Below the pieces are notes generated by a model. That model did not search any database, was not told the origin of the DNA, and worked only from the letters and a program-made list of their open reading frames with translations. Below, one piece after another: positions 36,196-48,102 of a stretch of 64,000 nt of DNA. The DNA is taken from assembly GCA_964019335.1 (NCBI GenBank), contig OZ025689.1, positions 62,001 through 126,000 on the forward strand, in the 5' to 3' direction. The position numbers were made by a program, and so were the translations under genes. Positions within the stretch are counted from its first letter, which is position 1, and every line of letters begins with the position of its first letter. This stretch comes from Diplonema japonicum (lineage: Eukaryota > Protista > Euglenozoa: Diplonemea).

Positions 36196-38364
36196 CTACA
36201 TGGTTATGGGCTTCTCACGCATAGTGCTGAGGGCGTGCGTGATAAGATTTCCGATGCCACCCCCGCCCCTTCCCCTCCGCACCCAGTCGGGCACTGCGTG
36301 GGTGTGCACGATGGTTGCATCATGCTCTTTCTCCACCTTGGGCTTCTTCACCTTGCATGAACGAAGTTCCATCTGCTTCGCCACCAACACGGTGGGACGC
36401 AACTTGGTGGCTGGTTTTGCGGGTGGCTTCGGAATCTTCTTGATGAATTCGAAAATGCTGTCTAACGTGGGGGGTGCTGGCTTCTTCTTCCCACACTGCT
36501 TTTTCTTCCGTTTCCCGACGGGGGGTGAGGGGGCTACGGACATGGGTGCCTGTGCTTCGTTCAATGTAGTCTTAAGGTCCGACACCGACTCCTCGGTGGG
36601 GGATATGACGAACGCATCGCTATCTGAGACGCTGAGGTCGGTGCTCTCGTTGTCATCATCGATATCGATGCCCACCAGCTGCTGCTCCGTGTTTAGGAGA
36701 ACGTTCTTGACGGACGAGTTCATCGAGGCCTCAGACACATTGGCGGAGTTGGCAGTGCACAGATCGGTCATGGCCTCTGTGAGAGGGTCACCTTGTGTGG
36801 CAACAAGCTCTTGGGTGTCAGAGCTCTGCATCTCATGCAGTGAAGGTGTCGAGATGTTGAGCTCCGTGAGACCGCTGATGCCGAGGCTTCTGTTGCTGCC
36901 TGTTTCCTTCGCCATAGCAGTCACCTCGTGCAGGATCTTCGAAATTCGCTTCCCCCTGTCATGAGCCGTATCGTGCCGTGCCTCCCTCATGTTGAGCAGC
37001 CCCTCATGTGACAACATCTTATCCGCCCTCCTTGCGGCCCTGTCCACGCCCTTCAGGAACAGGTTCCTCGCATTGTCAGATTTGGGCTTATCATCTTTGA
37101 CGTCTGTGCTGACACTCCTTTTCAACAACATTGCAAGCGCGGCTCTCTTGAGCGCTTCTTTGTTTTCATCATCGTTGGTAGTCGACAAGCGTCGCATGCC
37201 CGCAGCAACGGTGCGTCTCCATGGCTTAGGCGGTTCCTTCTTCTTGGGCCGTGTCTTGTTCGTGTGGCTCTCGAGGATAACATTGAGTGCTTGTGTCAAG
37301 GTGCCGGAAGCGAGCTTAGCGTCGAGCTGCACATGCTTGTTGTCCTTCCAGTGGCACCACTTTAGGAGCGAGAAGAGCTTGTCCGCCTCGCCCCTGTCGT
37401 CCTTGTGCGAGGCGTCGCTGCCCACAATGTCGACACCGTACTCGACGAACTTCTGCAGGCTCTTTGCAAGCCCCAGCTGGCTGCGCACGTTGCTGATGCT
37501 GGCTGGGTTTCGCACCGCTGCCACAATGGGAGAGTAGACGAGGTCTTTGAACTCATCGAAGGACAGCTCACCGCCCGACAACAGCTTGGTAAGCTCTAAG
37601 ACGTCGCAGACAGCGCTGCTGTTCCCGAAGAGGTGAGCGGCCTGCTCTATGCTGCTGATGGCGATGACACCTGTGGGCGAGTCCCCGTTGGCTCCAGGTG
37701 TGCCACCGAGATCGATGAATATCTCCTCCGCCTTGGTGTGGTCGCTGCTGAGGAGCGTGTTGAACTTCTGCAGGGTGATGGGCTCTGTACTGTCGTCGAG
37801 GGGGACCTGGAGGTTGAACGTCCTAGCGGTTTGTGCGAGTGAAGCGGTGGTGAGCTCGCCGTGCCTGTTGCAGAGGGCTTGGTAGGTTTCGCTCATCTCG
37901 TTCTCGTGAGTGCTGTGCTTGGTGCGCTCGAGGTGGCGCTTCTTGATGTTGTTCACAAGATCAATGAAGCGGCTACAGCACATTTCAGAGTCTGGTGCAC
38001 AGCCCACAGGGAGAATCTCAGGGATGGCAGCTTCTACATCGTCGATGCTAATGTCCGGGATGCCTAGCAGTACCAGCTTGTCTTCAAGGACAACAGTGTC
38101 GCTGTGCCGTACACCACTCATCTCTCCAAACACGGCACGGCACTCTTCAATTTCCCGCAGGCTCAAGCATGACTCCTCTGCAGTCACCACATGTCCTATT
38201 CCCAGCTCCACGTCCTTCACTAGACTCTCTTTCTTTTTCTCATTTCTCTTCACATTTTTGCTTAAAAACAGCGGCACCCTGCGATGAAGCCCCGCATCGT
38301 TATTCACAACGATCCCCCTCCGCACCAGCTCAGTCCTGTTCGACCTTTCGACATGTGCCCCCAT
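36196..38364 (-). CDS. Hypothetical protein with degenerate EF-hand-like repeats; possible in-frame intron ~38227-38277
   Basis: 722-aa ORF; ETYQAL..G.L..L....TFNL, IFIDLGG..G.I, GELSFDEFKDL. Confidence 0.7.
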   Translation of the reverse strand: MGAHVERSNRTELVRRGIVVNNDAGLHRRVPLFLSKNVKRNEKKKESLVKDVELGIGHVVTAEESCLSLREIEECRAVFGEMSGVRHSDTVVLEDKLVLLGIPDISIDDVEAAIPEILPVGCAPDSEMCCSRFIDLVNNIKKRHLERTKHSTHENEMSETYQALCNRHGELTTASLAQTARTFNLQVPLDDSTEPITLQKFNTLLSSDHTKAEEIFIDLGGTPGANGDSPTGVIAISSIEQAAHLFGNSSAVCDVLELTKLLSGGELSFDEFKDLVYSPIVAAVRNPASISNVRSQLGLAKSLQKFVEYGVDIVGSDASHKDDRGEADKLFSLLKWCHWKDNKHVQLDAKLASGTLTQALNVILESHTNKTRPKKKEPPKPWRRTVAAGMRRLSTTNDDENKEALKRAALAMLLKRSVSTDVKDDKPKSDNARNLFLKGVDRAARRADKMLSHEGLLNMREARHDTAHDRGKRISKILHEVTAMAKETGSNRSLGISGLTELNISTPSLHEMQSSDTQELVATQGDPLTEAMTDLCTANSANVSEASMNSSVKNVLLNTEQQLVGIDIDDDNESTDLSVSDSDAFVISPTEESVSDLKTTLNEAQAPMSVAPSPPVGKRKKKQCGKKKPAPPTLDSIFEFIKKIPKPPAKPATKLRPTVLVAKQMELRSCKVKKPKVEKEHDATIVHTHAVPDWVRRGRGGGGIGNLITHALSTMREKPITM

Positions 38365-38781
38365 GCCATCACCTGAGGATAATATTTTATTTTATTCTAT
38401 TGGTATTCAACACTGACTGGGAATGCGCCATCTTTCTTTTTCTTTCGTTATATGCCACGGGTATGTACCACATATTTCTTTTTCTTTCTTTGGGGAGAGC
38501 TTTCTTTTTCTTTCTTCGTTATAAGAAGGATAGAGATACATAGATAGAGATGAAACCTTTTTTTTTTCCTTTTTTTTTTTTTTCCTTCTTCTTTTTTCGG
38601 TTGTTCCGTCATCCCCTCGGATTTTTATTCTCCCTCGTTTTTTCTTCCTTTTTTTTCTCTTTTTTTCCCCCCCCCATCCTGACATTCGGACCGCGTGATA
38701 AAATCTTCAGTAGCATTAAAAAAAAAAAAAATTGAGCGAACGAGACCCTCTCTCCCTCGACCCCACCCCCACAGCACGCTT

Positions 38782-41072
38782 TCATTTCCCTCTGTTGTTC
38801 CAAGTGCTTTTCAGTTTGTTAGGCAACTCGCCAGTCCCTGCCTCCCATAAGGACAGGAGGCCTTCGTAGAGTGCATAGTACCAAATCTTCTTGACCTTTG
38901 AAACGACAAGAGGCGGCTTCATGATCCATAAGCTAGTGAGGGAGACGAGAAGGAAGAAGACACTCATCCCGATTAAGATATACATGTTAAACCACTTGTT
39001 GTCAACGTCGAAGTCTTGCAGTTCAAGATAGCTGTCGCCCGTGAAGCATTGGGGGTCTACAGGCACAGGGGTGTTTTGAGCAGCGGCCAAGGAAGAAGGT
39101 AGTGTAATGTTGTGGATGTCGCACCCGAAGTCGTTGCCGTGGAACATGTTTACCAGGAGGCTTTCGTAGCAATATCTGAAGTATGATATTTTCTGCACCC
39201 ATTGCAGCCACGAGGGTATGCTTCGCGAGTTGATCAGCAGCCCGCCTGTCACGATGAAGAACGCGAACAAGGCCTCCAACACCGTTGCCGCCGAGCTCAC
39301 CGACCCCGCCATGCTCCCCACTGCGAACGCCAACGCGAAGAACGCTGTCTGAGTGACCGCTATGAGCCCAGCTAGATTCGTCGTCCCCCCATTGCCCTGT
39401 GTTAAAAAAAAAAAAGGTTTGCAAAAAAGAAAAAAATCCCCATACGTGAAACGTGACGAACTGAAACGACGTCACCATGAAGAAAATCGTGAACAACAAT
39501 CTGATAACCAGCAGCTCCCACACCACACAGCACAACCAGTACGTCAGGGTGTTGTAGCAACCGCTGGCACGTAAATGGATAAACACCTTTTTTTTTCTTA
39601 TTACTTTTCCCCCCCCGACAAAAATGACATACCGGACGGTGTCTGATGAGTGTCGATGCTGCAGGGATGTTTACCAGCATCAGCACAATGACGGTGAAGA
39701 AGGTGATCCCCACCCTGTTCTGCAGCCCAGCCTGGTCAAGCTTTTGGAACTCGTACAACTTGCACATCCCGATGACCAGCATGATAGTCACAGCGACACG
39801 GGCCACGTTCCACCACTTATGTGCCCATTGCCGCATGGCGATGGACCTCAAGAGGATGAACAGCCTCCGTAGCTCAGACGGTTCTCTGCCGCCTATCTGC
39901 ATCGACGACTCATCTGATACAACGGACGTCGCATTTAGTGCATCCTTCGCTACGTCTTTCAGGAACGGGTACAAATGCGTCTGGTACTCCGCCGACTGTA
40001 TGAACTCCTCTTCAAGGGACCGGGCGTCCATCTGTGGTGTGTCCTCTCCTCCATCGTTCCATCCTGCTTCCTCTGTCTTGCACAGCTGCAGTAAGAAGTC
40101 CGTCGGTGTATAGTTTCTACTCCATATCATCCCCCTTGACTGGAAGAACCCTATTGCCTCTTCACCCGCCTTCCCGAAGTACGCCATCCGCCCCCCATGG
40201 ATCAGCACGAGGTTGTCCACAATGTTGTACACCTTCCACCGTGGCTGGTGAAGCGTCACCACTACGGTCTTCCCTATGCCCGCAAGCCGCCGTAGTAGCT
40301 TCATGATAGACAGTGACGCGGAGTATCCCAGCCCACCGGTAGGAGACTCAACGAACAGCACTGTCGGGTCAAGAAGAAGTTCCTGCGCAATTGTGAGTCG
40401 CATTCTCGCCTCAAGGTCAAGCTCGTTCACGCTTCGGCCTTGCTTCGAGGTCAGGTCCACGATGTCCAGTACCCCGTCGACAGTCTTGTTCAGCTCGTAG
40501 TTCGACATCTGCAAGTGGAGCTCGAGGGAGATGAGCAAGTTCTGCCTGACCGAAAGAGACCTCGAAACAAACACGCCGTTCTTCCTTGCGAACCCCACCA
40601 CGGACCTCCTGTACCACGGACCGATGGGCGTCCTGTTGTAGAAAATGTTCCCTGTGTACTGGTCGTCTTCAAGGGCGCCTGCCAGAGCCGTCACAAGTGC
40701 TGTCACCTCTGACTCATCTGACCCGAGGATTGCTGTAATCTTCCCCGAGAGGAGCACACCGCTCACGTTAAGAAGCAGGTGGCCTCCAAAAGGGTTCGGG
40801 ATACATACGTTGTGGAACACAACAGGCATGTCATTCCTCTTCCGCGAAGTTCCGTATCCGATGATGTCACTGACGTCCTCACCTTCCCGGCGATGGTCGT
40901 TGGCCCACGTGGCCGCGTTCTCCAGTATCGTACTCTCCAGCTCGTCCACCTCAACGTCTTCATCCATGCTCTCGGCACCTAACTCCCCCGACACACAGCT
41001 GTGAAACGCCAACGAGTGTGCCGATTTTGCCCTTGTGGGGCTGTGCACGCTGCGACCGGTCGGAGATGACAT
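38782..41072 (-). CDS. ABCG-type half transporter with degenerate nucleotide-binding domain; introns 39587-39632 (46) and 39397-39445 (49)
   Basis: NBD-TMD order; LLNVSG..ITAILG, LSVRQNL, VVVTLHQP, LQNRVGITFF, SIPSWLQWVQKISYFRYCYESLLVNMF. Confidence 0.88.
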
Positions 41073-41138
41073 CACAACCGCATGCGAATGCTTCTATGTA
41101 GTTTTAGGTTACGAAGATCAACAGGAAACTAAAAGAAG

Positions 41139-42248
41139 CTAGAAAAATGGCAACGTGCGTAATCTCTTATTCATTCCGGAGTGTCCGCCACCTGGTCGCT
41201 TGCGTGGCTGGAGATCCAGGTACGAAGCCTGTTCGATGAAGGCAGCATCGTCGGGCTCGTTGAGAATCTCCTGGAGACGTGCGACCGTGTCTTGTTTGTG
41301 CCCTTTGAGGAGGGCTTCCCATTGCATGATTGCGTCTGCTTGGTAGGTGTCATCCAAGCTCTGGGTGCTGTCGGTTGCAAGGACGTTGTAGTGCCTTTTG
41401 AGATCCATAAGGTCAGCACCAGGGGTGCCATCATCCTCACACAGGAGGGAGAGGTATGAGTAGTTGGACAGCTTTCGACGGGCATCGTCGAGGTCAGTGA
41501 AGGGGACCTCGTAGTCAGGGAACAAGGCGAAAGTGATGGCGGGCAGCACTTTCTTCATGATGGCATCGTGGTTTGAGGCGACCTGTGGCCGCGCCACCTG
41601 CTGTTCGTGGTATCCTCTTGCCTCGCTGTGCATGGATGGTGCTCTGAAGGAAGGTGCCGGTTGTGAGTACTCTCGAGCATATTGCACCTCTTCTGCACGT
41701 CGCCGTTCTCTCTCAATTGTGTCCCGTTCCATAGCGCTCCTGAAGGTCGCTGTTATTTCTATCGTGCGCAGCTCGTCTTCCACTTCCTGCTTCACCTCGT
41801 CATGCAGCCTCTCCACACGCGGCTGCAGCATTTTCCGCTTGGTGTTCGCTTCCGTTATCCTCGCGATGTCCGGGTCCTCCGTGCTGAGGAGCTCCTTTAG
41901 CTGTCTATGGTGGCGCGCATCATCTGTGACAACAGACGTGTAGGTCTTAAGCAATGTGTTTTGTATGTTGAGCAAGAAGCTCATCCCCTTGTTGATGGTC
42001 TCCTCCCATTTAGATGGCACGGGCTGCCAATAAGGGTCACGAAGCATCTGCTTCTCCGACTGCTCATTGAACCACACGTGGACTGCACGGCACATTTTGA
42101 GATTCTTATCAACAACCTTAGTCCATGCGTCGAGTTCCTTCACCCTGTCCTGCACGTCTTTGCGCCATCGCAGCTCGACTTCGATAGCTTCGCTGATGGC
42201 AATCGAGCTCCGCGACTCGCCTCCCAAAGGCGCGCTCCTGTGCAACAT
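41139..42248 (-). CDS. Hypothetical helical/coiled-coil protein, possibly mitochondrial
   Basis: About 369-aa ORF from MLHRSAPL with normal coding composition. Confidence 0.7.
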   Translation of the reverse strand: MLHRSAPLGGESRSSIAISEAIEVELRWRKDVQDRVKELDAWTKVVDKNLKMCRAVHVWFNEQSEKQMLRDPYWQPVPSKWEETINKGMSFLLNIQNTLLKTYTSVVTDDARHHRQLKELLSTEDPDIARITEANTKRKMLQPRVERLHDEVKQEVEDELRTIEITATFRSAMERDTIERERRRAEEVQYAREYSQPAPSFRAPSMHSEARGYHEQQVARPQVASNHDAIMKKVLPAITFALFPDYEVPFTDLDDARRKLSNYSYLSLLCEDDGTPGADLMDLKRHYNVLATDSTQSLDDTYQADAIMQWEALLKGHKQDTVARLQEILNEPDDAAFIEQASYLDLQPRKRPGGGHSGMNKRLRTLPFF

Positions 42249-42346
42249 CTTGCTGTGATGCTCTCGGCGAAGGGAATGGCTATAAAAAGCAAACTTTTTG
42301 ATAACAACAAAAAAGTAGAAAGTCAAAAAAAAAAGGGGTTCGTTAT

Positions 42347-42778
42347 CTACCTCCTGCGGTTCAACACACTCTTCACGATTTTCTGCTCCTCAATAAGGAA
42401 GGCACGGATGACCCTGTAACACATGCATTGCTGCTTCTTGTTCTGCATACCTCTCCTTGACCTGCGTGCTGGTCAGCACACCACCGTAGGCACGGGACAC
42501 TGTCTTGAACCTCCTGGGCGCCTGTTGTGGTGTTTATCTTGCAATACTATGTGTCAAGTCAATACCCTGTAGGACCCCTTCTGCCCTCCCTCCCTCAGGG
42601 CCTTCGTACCGTTCAGCCTGGTGTGGCCCAAGTATTTCGGGGTGTGCGGCCCCGCCACTCTCTTCTTCACCCTCTTGCATGCGAGCTTCCCGCCCACGAT
42701 CCTGTGAATCACGAACTTCGAGTCATGTCCCTTCGTGTTGTACTTGTGCTTTCTCTGGAAGTGAACTCTCTGCACCAT
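42347..42778 (-). CDS. RPL34: 60S ribosomal protein eL34; introns 42522-42565 (44) and 42414-42450 (37)
   Basis: MVQRVHF..YNT..GGKL; spliced ...KTVSRAYGGVL..QVKER|VIRAFLIEEQKIVK. Confidence 0.95.
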
Positions 42779-42866
42779 TTTGACTCAAGTCGTCCTGTGG
42801 GGGTTCTGAAGGAAAAAAATAACAGTAAAAGTATGCTATCGTTTATGGTTAAACACTATTACAAAA

Positions 42867-45823
42867 TTACATCACCGTGCAGCAACCGCAACCACCTTCC
42901 TTGGCATCTTTCGGCTTGGTAGGGGGCCCAGGTGCGATAGGTTCCCTGCTCTCAGGGGTGCGACGCTGGGGCGTAGGAGTGACAGTGCGTGACGCAGCAG
43001 GAGTGCTGCTTTCTTCGTGGGCTTCCACAGGTTCCCTCACTTTCCTGGAGGGCTCGGACATCTGGTCAGCCTTGGGCGATGGCTCGGATGGCACGGGGGT
43101 CGCGGTACGCTCGCTATGCGGCGAGGGCTCGGCAGAGGACCTCACAGAAGGGTAGTTGCTGGTGACGGGCGACGCGTAGTGTTGGATGGTGCGCATCGAA
43201 TCGTTCTTTTGCACTTTGTCGAAGTCCGTCCTTACGTAAGAGAAGGATTGCGGCGCCTGGCCGCCCAAGGCCACTGTCGCCACGTCCTCAGAGATACCTG
43301 TGAGCACGCCCCTCTTCCAGTCCTCCTCGGTGTTGTTCCTTACCATCACCGAGCTGCCTTCCCGTACACTGAGGTCGCTCGCTTTCGTCATCCATTTGCT
43401 GACAAGCGACAGTAATTTGATCTCAGGAGGTTCCGAGAACTGACGGAGCAGCAGCCCAACAGGACGGCACCTGCTTGCCGGGACGCGGTACTCCATCTGA
43501 GGCTGAGAGCGGAAGTCTGCATCAACAGTGGCGAGGACGTTTCGGAAGGGGTGTTCGATGTCTGTTATCATGTCAGCGTCTGTGTAGCACATGACTGTGA
43601 CGCGGACAAGCGGGATGCCCTTGGGGTGCAGCGGGACAAGAACCCACATCGTGTTGTCGACGTTCGAAGACACCTCTTCCACGTCGCAAGACAGCGCCAG
43701 CGAGTAGTACTGGAAGAAGGCACGGTGCACTGCGAACTGCAACGACGGGCTAAAGAACAAAGCCTCGCCCACCTTGTTGTTTTCACTCCACTGCTCCCAT
43801 TCGGTAGGGGCCTTTTCAGATGGCCGCCACTCCTCCCTCTCCCGCTCCACCATCCTGCCTGCCGTTCTGTCACTCGATATTTTCTTCTGTTTGCTTGACT
43901 TCCTCGGAGCCAACATCCATTCAGCTAACTCGAACTCGTTTCCGTGGTATGTGATCGCAGGGCCTGTTATGACCTTCCACGGTGTGAGTTGCAACCCTTT
44001 TCTTGTCCACCCCCATGGTCTAATGTGAGGCCTTCCGCCAGTCACCTTAGGCTTACCATCCTGTGAAAAGTGTGTTGTTACGAGATTTGAGGCATACTCC
44101 TTCGAACTTCTTGTTGATCCTCCCGTCAAGCCTTCCTTCGTCGATCACCAGCTCCACCTCCGAGTGCGACAGGTAGTAGAGGCCTTTGTTGTGTATCTCA
44201 ACGAACACTCGCGTAATGCGGCCGCTCTTTGTTTCCATCTGTGCATTTTAATTTTTTGGTTAAGAACTCACGGTTAATATACCACAACAGGTGTCGACCG
44301 CTGTGAGAAGCCGCACCACATGTTCCCCGTGGTGGTCCACTCGTAAAGGGATAGCGGCTGGCCGCTGTTTATCAGGCCCCACGAGGAAGCGTCGATGATT
44401 ACACCACATCTGTGATGGTATTGAGAATAAATATATGAGTTAAAGGAAGTCTTTGTGAGACGCCCCCTTGTTCTCATCTACTCCAATAAAAGACGAGGGC
44501 ATACCTGAAGGGGAACTCCTTAGAAGCCATCGCGGTGCTGTCCACCTTGAGTGCTATCACAGGCTTCGCAGACTTCAGCTTCACTTTTGTCATCTCAACG
44601 GAAATGGCGATGCCCTGGTCGGTGCGTGACACACCAGCGGACTCGGCCTTGTCTGCAAAGAGCAGGAAATGCCCATCGTCAGACACATCATTGCCAGGCC
44701 TACCGACAGTGCGTGCTATCGTATCCCTTTTTCTGTTGAGAGCTTCCTGCAGGAACGCATTGTTGATTGGCAGGCCAGTGTTGGTGTCATGGAACTGGAT
44801 GATATCAGGCTGCCGGAAGACAAGAACCTCGAGGTCTTTTGGGTTGTCGTCACCAGTTGCTTTTGTGTAAGAAGCGAAGAGCTGGCTAAGGAAAGACCCG
44901 CCTCCCCGCTCAAGGGGGTACCCAGAGATGAGGTACACATCGTCTTCCACCTTGAGGCCGAACACGATGTTGTTGATGCAGAGAGACAGCAGGTCGGAGA
45001 TGAGGCGCTTGGTATCCGCGACTGTGAAGTCTTCGTGGGAGAGGCACATGTCGACACTGGCGCAGGACTCGTCAGCTCTCTTGAAAGCGACCTTGTAAAA
45101 GCCAACGTTTTCCGAGTGCCCCTCGCTGACTTCGTTCATAGCTTCAGAGAGTTCCATAAGTCGGTCTGCACCGTCGCCCGGTCCGTCATATGACAAGAAG
45201 CTGATGTGCGACTCCTTCAGCCACTCTTGAGACATGTCTGCGATGTCGTTCAGCCGTGTTAGTGACGGGAAGCCCGACTTGCGATGCGCAGCCTCTTCGT
45301 GTCGTAAGTTCCTGAGGTTCATCACCTGCGTCCTGGCTTCCTTCACTTCTTCCGCTTCACTCTCCTCGAACTGCTGAGTGGCCACTGCCGCCTCATCGTG
45401 TCTTTTGAACAGATCCTCGGATAAATCATCTAACCTGATGGTGTCCCCTTCTCCTTCCGGCATTATGGCATCCAGTTCGCTCATACTAAGCCCCTCCCCG
45501 TATAACTGCAGCAAGTCCTTCAGTGACTTCTTCGACATGCATCCGGTGCCGTCAGTATCAAACGCCATTAGCGCTTGTTTTATATCGTCCTGTGTCAGCA
45601 CTTCTTTCTTCAGTATCGTGTAAAACCTCTTGAACTTGTTGTAGTCCACTACACCGTCGCTCTTGCTGATGAGGTCGTTCAGCGTAGCCTCGGAGGGGGT
45701 CAACCCCAGCTCCCTCAACGCCTTCATCACCAGTGCATGGTAGATGAAGGCGCCCTTGTCGGACACAGGGTTCGCGTGCTCGTCGAACACCATCCGCACG
45801 CGTGCCTCCTCTTCTTCATCCAT
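42867..45823 (-). CDS. Large protein: calmodulin-like EF-hand N-terminus, unknown core, Tudor-like domain, C-terminal CaaX; introns 44467-44504 (38; alternative acceptor at 44410), 44239-44282 (44), 44061-44097 (37)
   Basis: Four ORFs are joined in frame by GT-AG introns. DIKQALMAFDTDGTG..LQLYGEGLS; ends GGCGCCTVM*. Confidence 0.75.
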
Positions 45824-45920
45824 TTTTGCTGCCTATGTGCTGTGAAGTCTTGTAGCTGTTTAAACAGTTGAAACACTCCCAACTGGGGTAAGGGGTTATT
45901 AAGACTACCAACACTTTACT

Positions 45921-47907
45921 TTATGCCGGTGGCAAATTAGCGAGCATGGCCTGTATCAGTAGGTGCTGTTCAGGTGCATACCTCCTCTTCCTCATCCACC
46001 TGCACTTCTCCGTTACCCCACCCGTCATCGCCCCATCCATCACCCTCTTCGTCTGCCAGCTCATCCACTTGCACTTCGTTAGCCACTGGAGAAGCCGAGA
46101 CGGGCTCTGGTGGTACATCAACAACAGAATCGTTCACTTGCACAGGGTCACTCACTTGTATAGGGTCACGCACTTGCACCTCGTTAACCACAGGAGGGAT
46201 CGAGACTGGCTCCGGGGGTGAAGCAGCTAGTACTTCCTGAGTTTCGGGCACAACTTCCTGCGGTGCTGTGGGTGCCACTTCTTTTTGAGACTCGGTCGGG
46301 AGCTCAGCTTGCTTTTCCAACTCAGGGATCTTTACAGGCTTGACATGCTCCTTGTAGATATTCATCAGCGGCGACCCAATGTCCTGTGGTTGCGGTGATG
46401 ACAGAATGTTGCACATACCCTGACAGCCAGCCCTCGCGAGGTGCTCAGCATGATGTCAATGCAGCGTCCGATGTACGGGAGGAGGTCGTCGCACATCACC
46501 TTGATGAAGGCGAGGTAGCCCTGCAGCTCACCCTCGTCGAGGGACTGCGTGTTGTAAACGTCGACCACGTCAATGACGCACTGCTGCAGCGTGTTGGAGA
46601 GCTTCTGGATAATTTGCGGGGTCAGCGAGGTGAGGGCACAACGCCTGACCTCATTTAAGGCTGAGAGAATCCCATTGGTTAGGTACCCAAGTGGGAGATA
46701 TTGCCTGAGGAGCTGTGACGGCGCTGTGGACACTCCTGTCCGTTCATAGCGCGGTTCCTTAATTGCGGAGGTGCTGTGCTTATTGCTCCACACATGATTG
46801 CTCAACGACAGCTGGAACGAACTGTACGCACCATCGATGCCCTGCTCCCACAGGCCGAGGACGCGCTTCGAGAACATGTCGTACAACACAGGGCGGATGT
46901 CGACACCCTTCTTCGCCAAGTCCTTACCGCACTGCATGGCTTGGGTAAGAAGCTGCTTGATGTCCCCACCACAGGTCACCATTGGGAGGTTCCTCCTAAT
47001 GATGGACAGGTAGTTAGAGACAACGCCTGCCAACCATGCACCCAGCACGTCACAGACAGCTGTTGTGAGTTTGCTAGGACAAAAAAAAAAAAAAAAAAAC
47101 ACATACGCGTATCGTGTTCGGTGTCGTAGCTGGAAAGCTTTCCCTCTTTGTTTTTGAAGGACGAGTTGTACTCCGTGATGACGCCGGGGAGGTTGGTGCC
47201 GATAACATTGCACACCTTGTTGAGCTGCAGGGATGGTAAAATATAAATTAAAAAAAAGAGTTACAACATACATAGTTGGAGGGGCCTCTCTGGACATCTT
47301 TGAGAAGGGACTGAAGGTACTGCAGCCTTTTGGCGAGGAACAGCTTGCGTAGCTCCCTGTTGGGGATGATTTTGAGGCGCGACAAGAAGGAAATAATCTT
47401 AATGCACTGTGCAGGGGAGAGTGTAGTGGATAGCTTCGATGTGAGCTGTGGGAGATGCTTGCGCATTGTGTCTTCCATCTCAGATGCAATTACCGTGAGG
47501 ACTGAGATGGTGGGTGCTGATGCGAGGAGGGACTCCACCTTCTCGTGAAGGAGCACTGCCTCGTGGTAAAGTTCGTTTCTCAAACAGTTTTCGAGAATAG
47601 AGGGCAGCTCTAGCATATCGCGTATCACCTCTTGGCTGCTTCTTAATGTTCTTAACTGTTGTCTCCCCTTCTTCCATTCATGCCCCTTCTCCGTGAGCCG
47701 TGTCATGCACTGCCTTAAGGACTGTTCTTCGCTTTGCAGCCTTTCTGTCACCATCGCGTTCTTGTGTGCCTCCTTCAACACCTCCGAGCAGCACCTTGAG
47801 CTCTTCAGGAACACGGGGTAGTGCGCAACTGAAATGTCCACCATCTCGTTGGTGATCCTCTGCTGCTCCGCCACAAGGCGCGAGGGCTCCCTTAGAAATG
47901 ACTCCAT
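45921..47907 (-). CDS. COG8: Conserved oligomeric Golgi complex subunit 8 (Dor1); introns 47225-47271 (47), 47060-47106 (47), 46384-46418 (35), 45951-45981 (31)
   Basis: EPSRL..E...I......Y..F, LELPSILENCLRNELYHEA, LLTQAMQCGKDLAKKGVDIR, PLGYLTNGILSALNEVRRC. Confidence 0.85.
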
Positions 47908-48102
47908 TTTTATATATGGTGTGTATTGCCTTTCTATGTGCAGTGTACTTCAAGTAACAGAAACACGTGAATAAAGAAACAAAAACAAAAAAAAAAAAAA
48001 AAACTCCTCACTTTTCTACAAAGCGGGAGTGTGTTACGGGTTGTTATAAAAAAAAAAAGGGTATAATAGTTTCTGAAAAACTTCTTTTTTGTTCTCTTCT
48101 TT

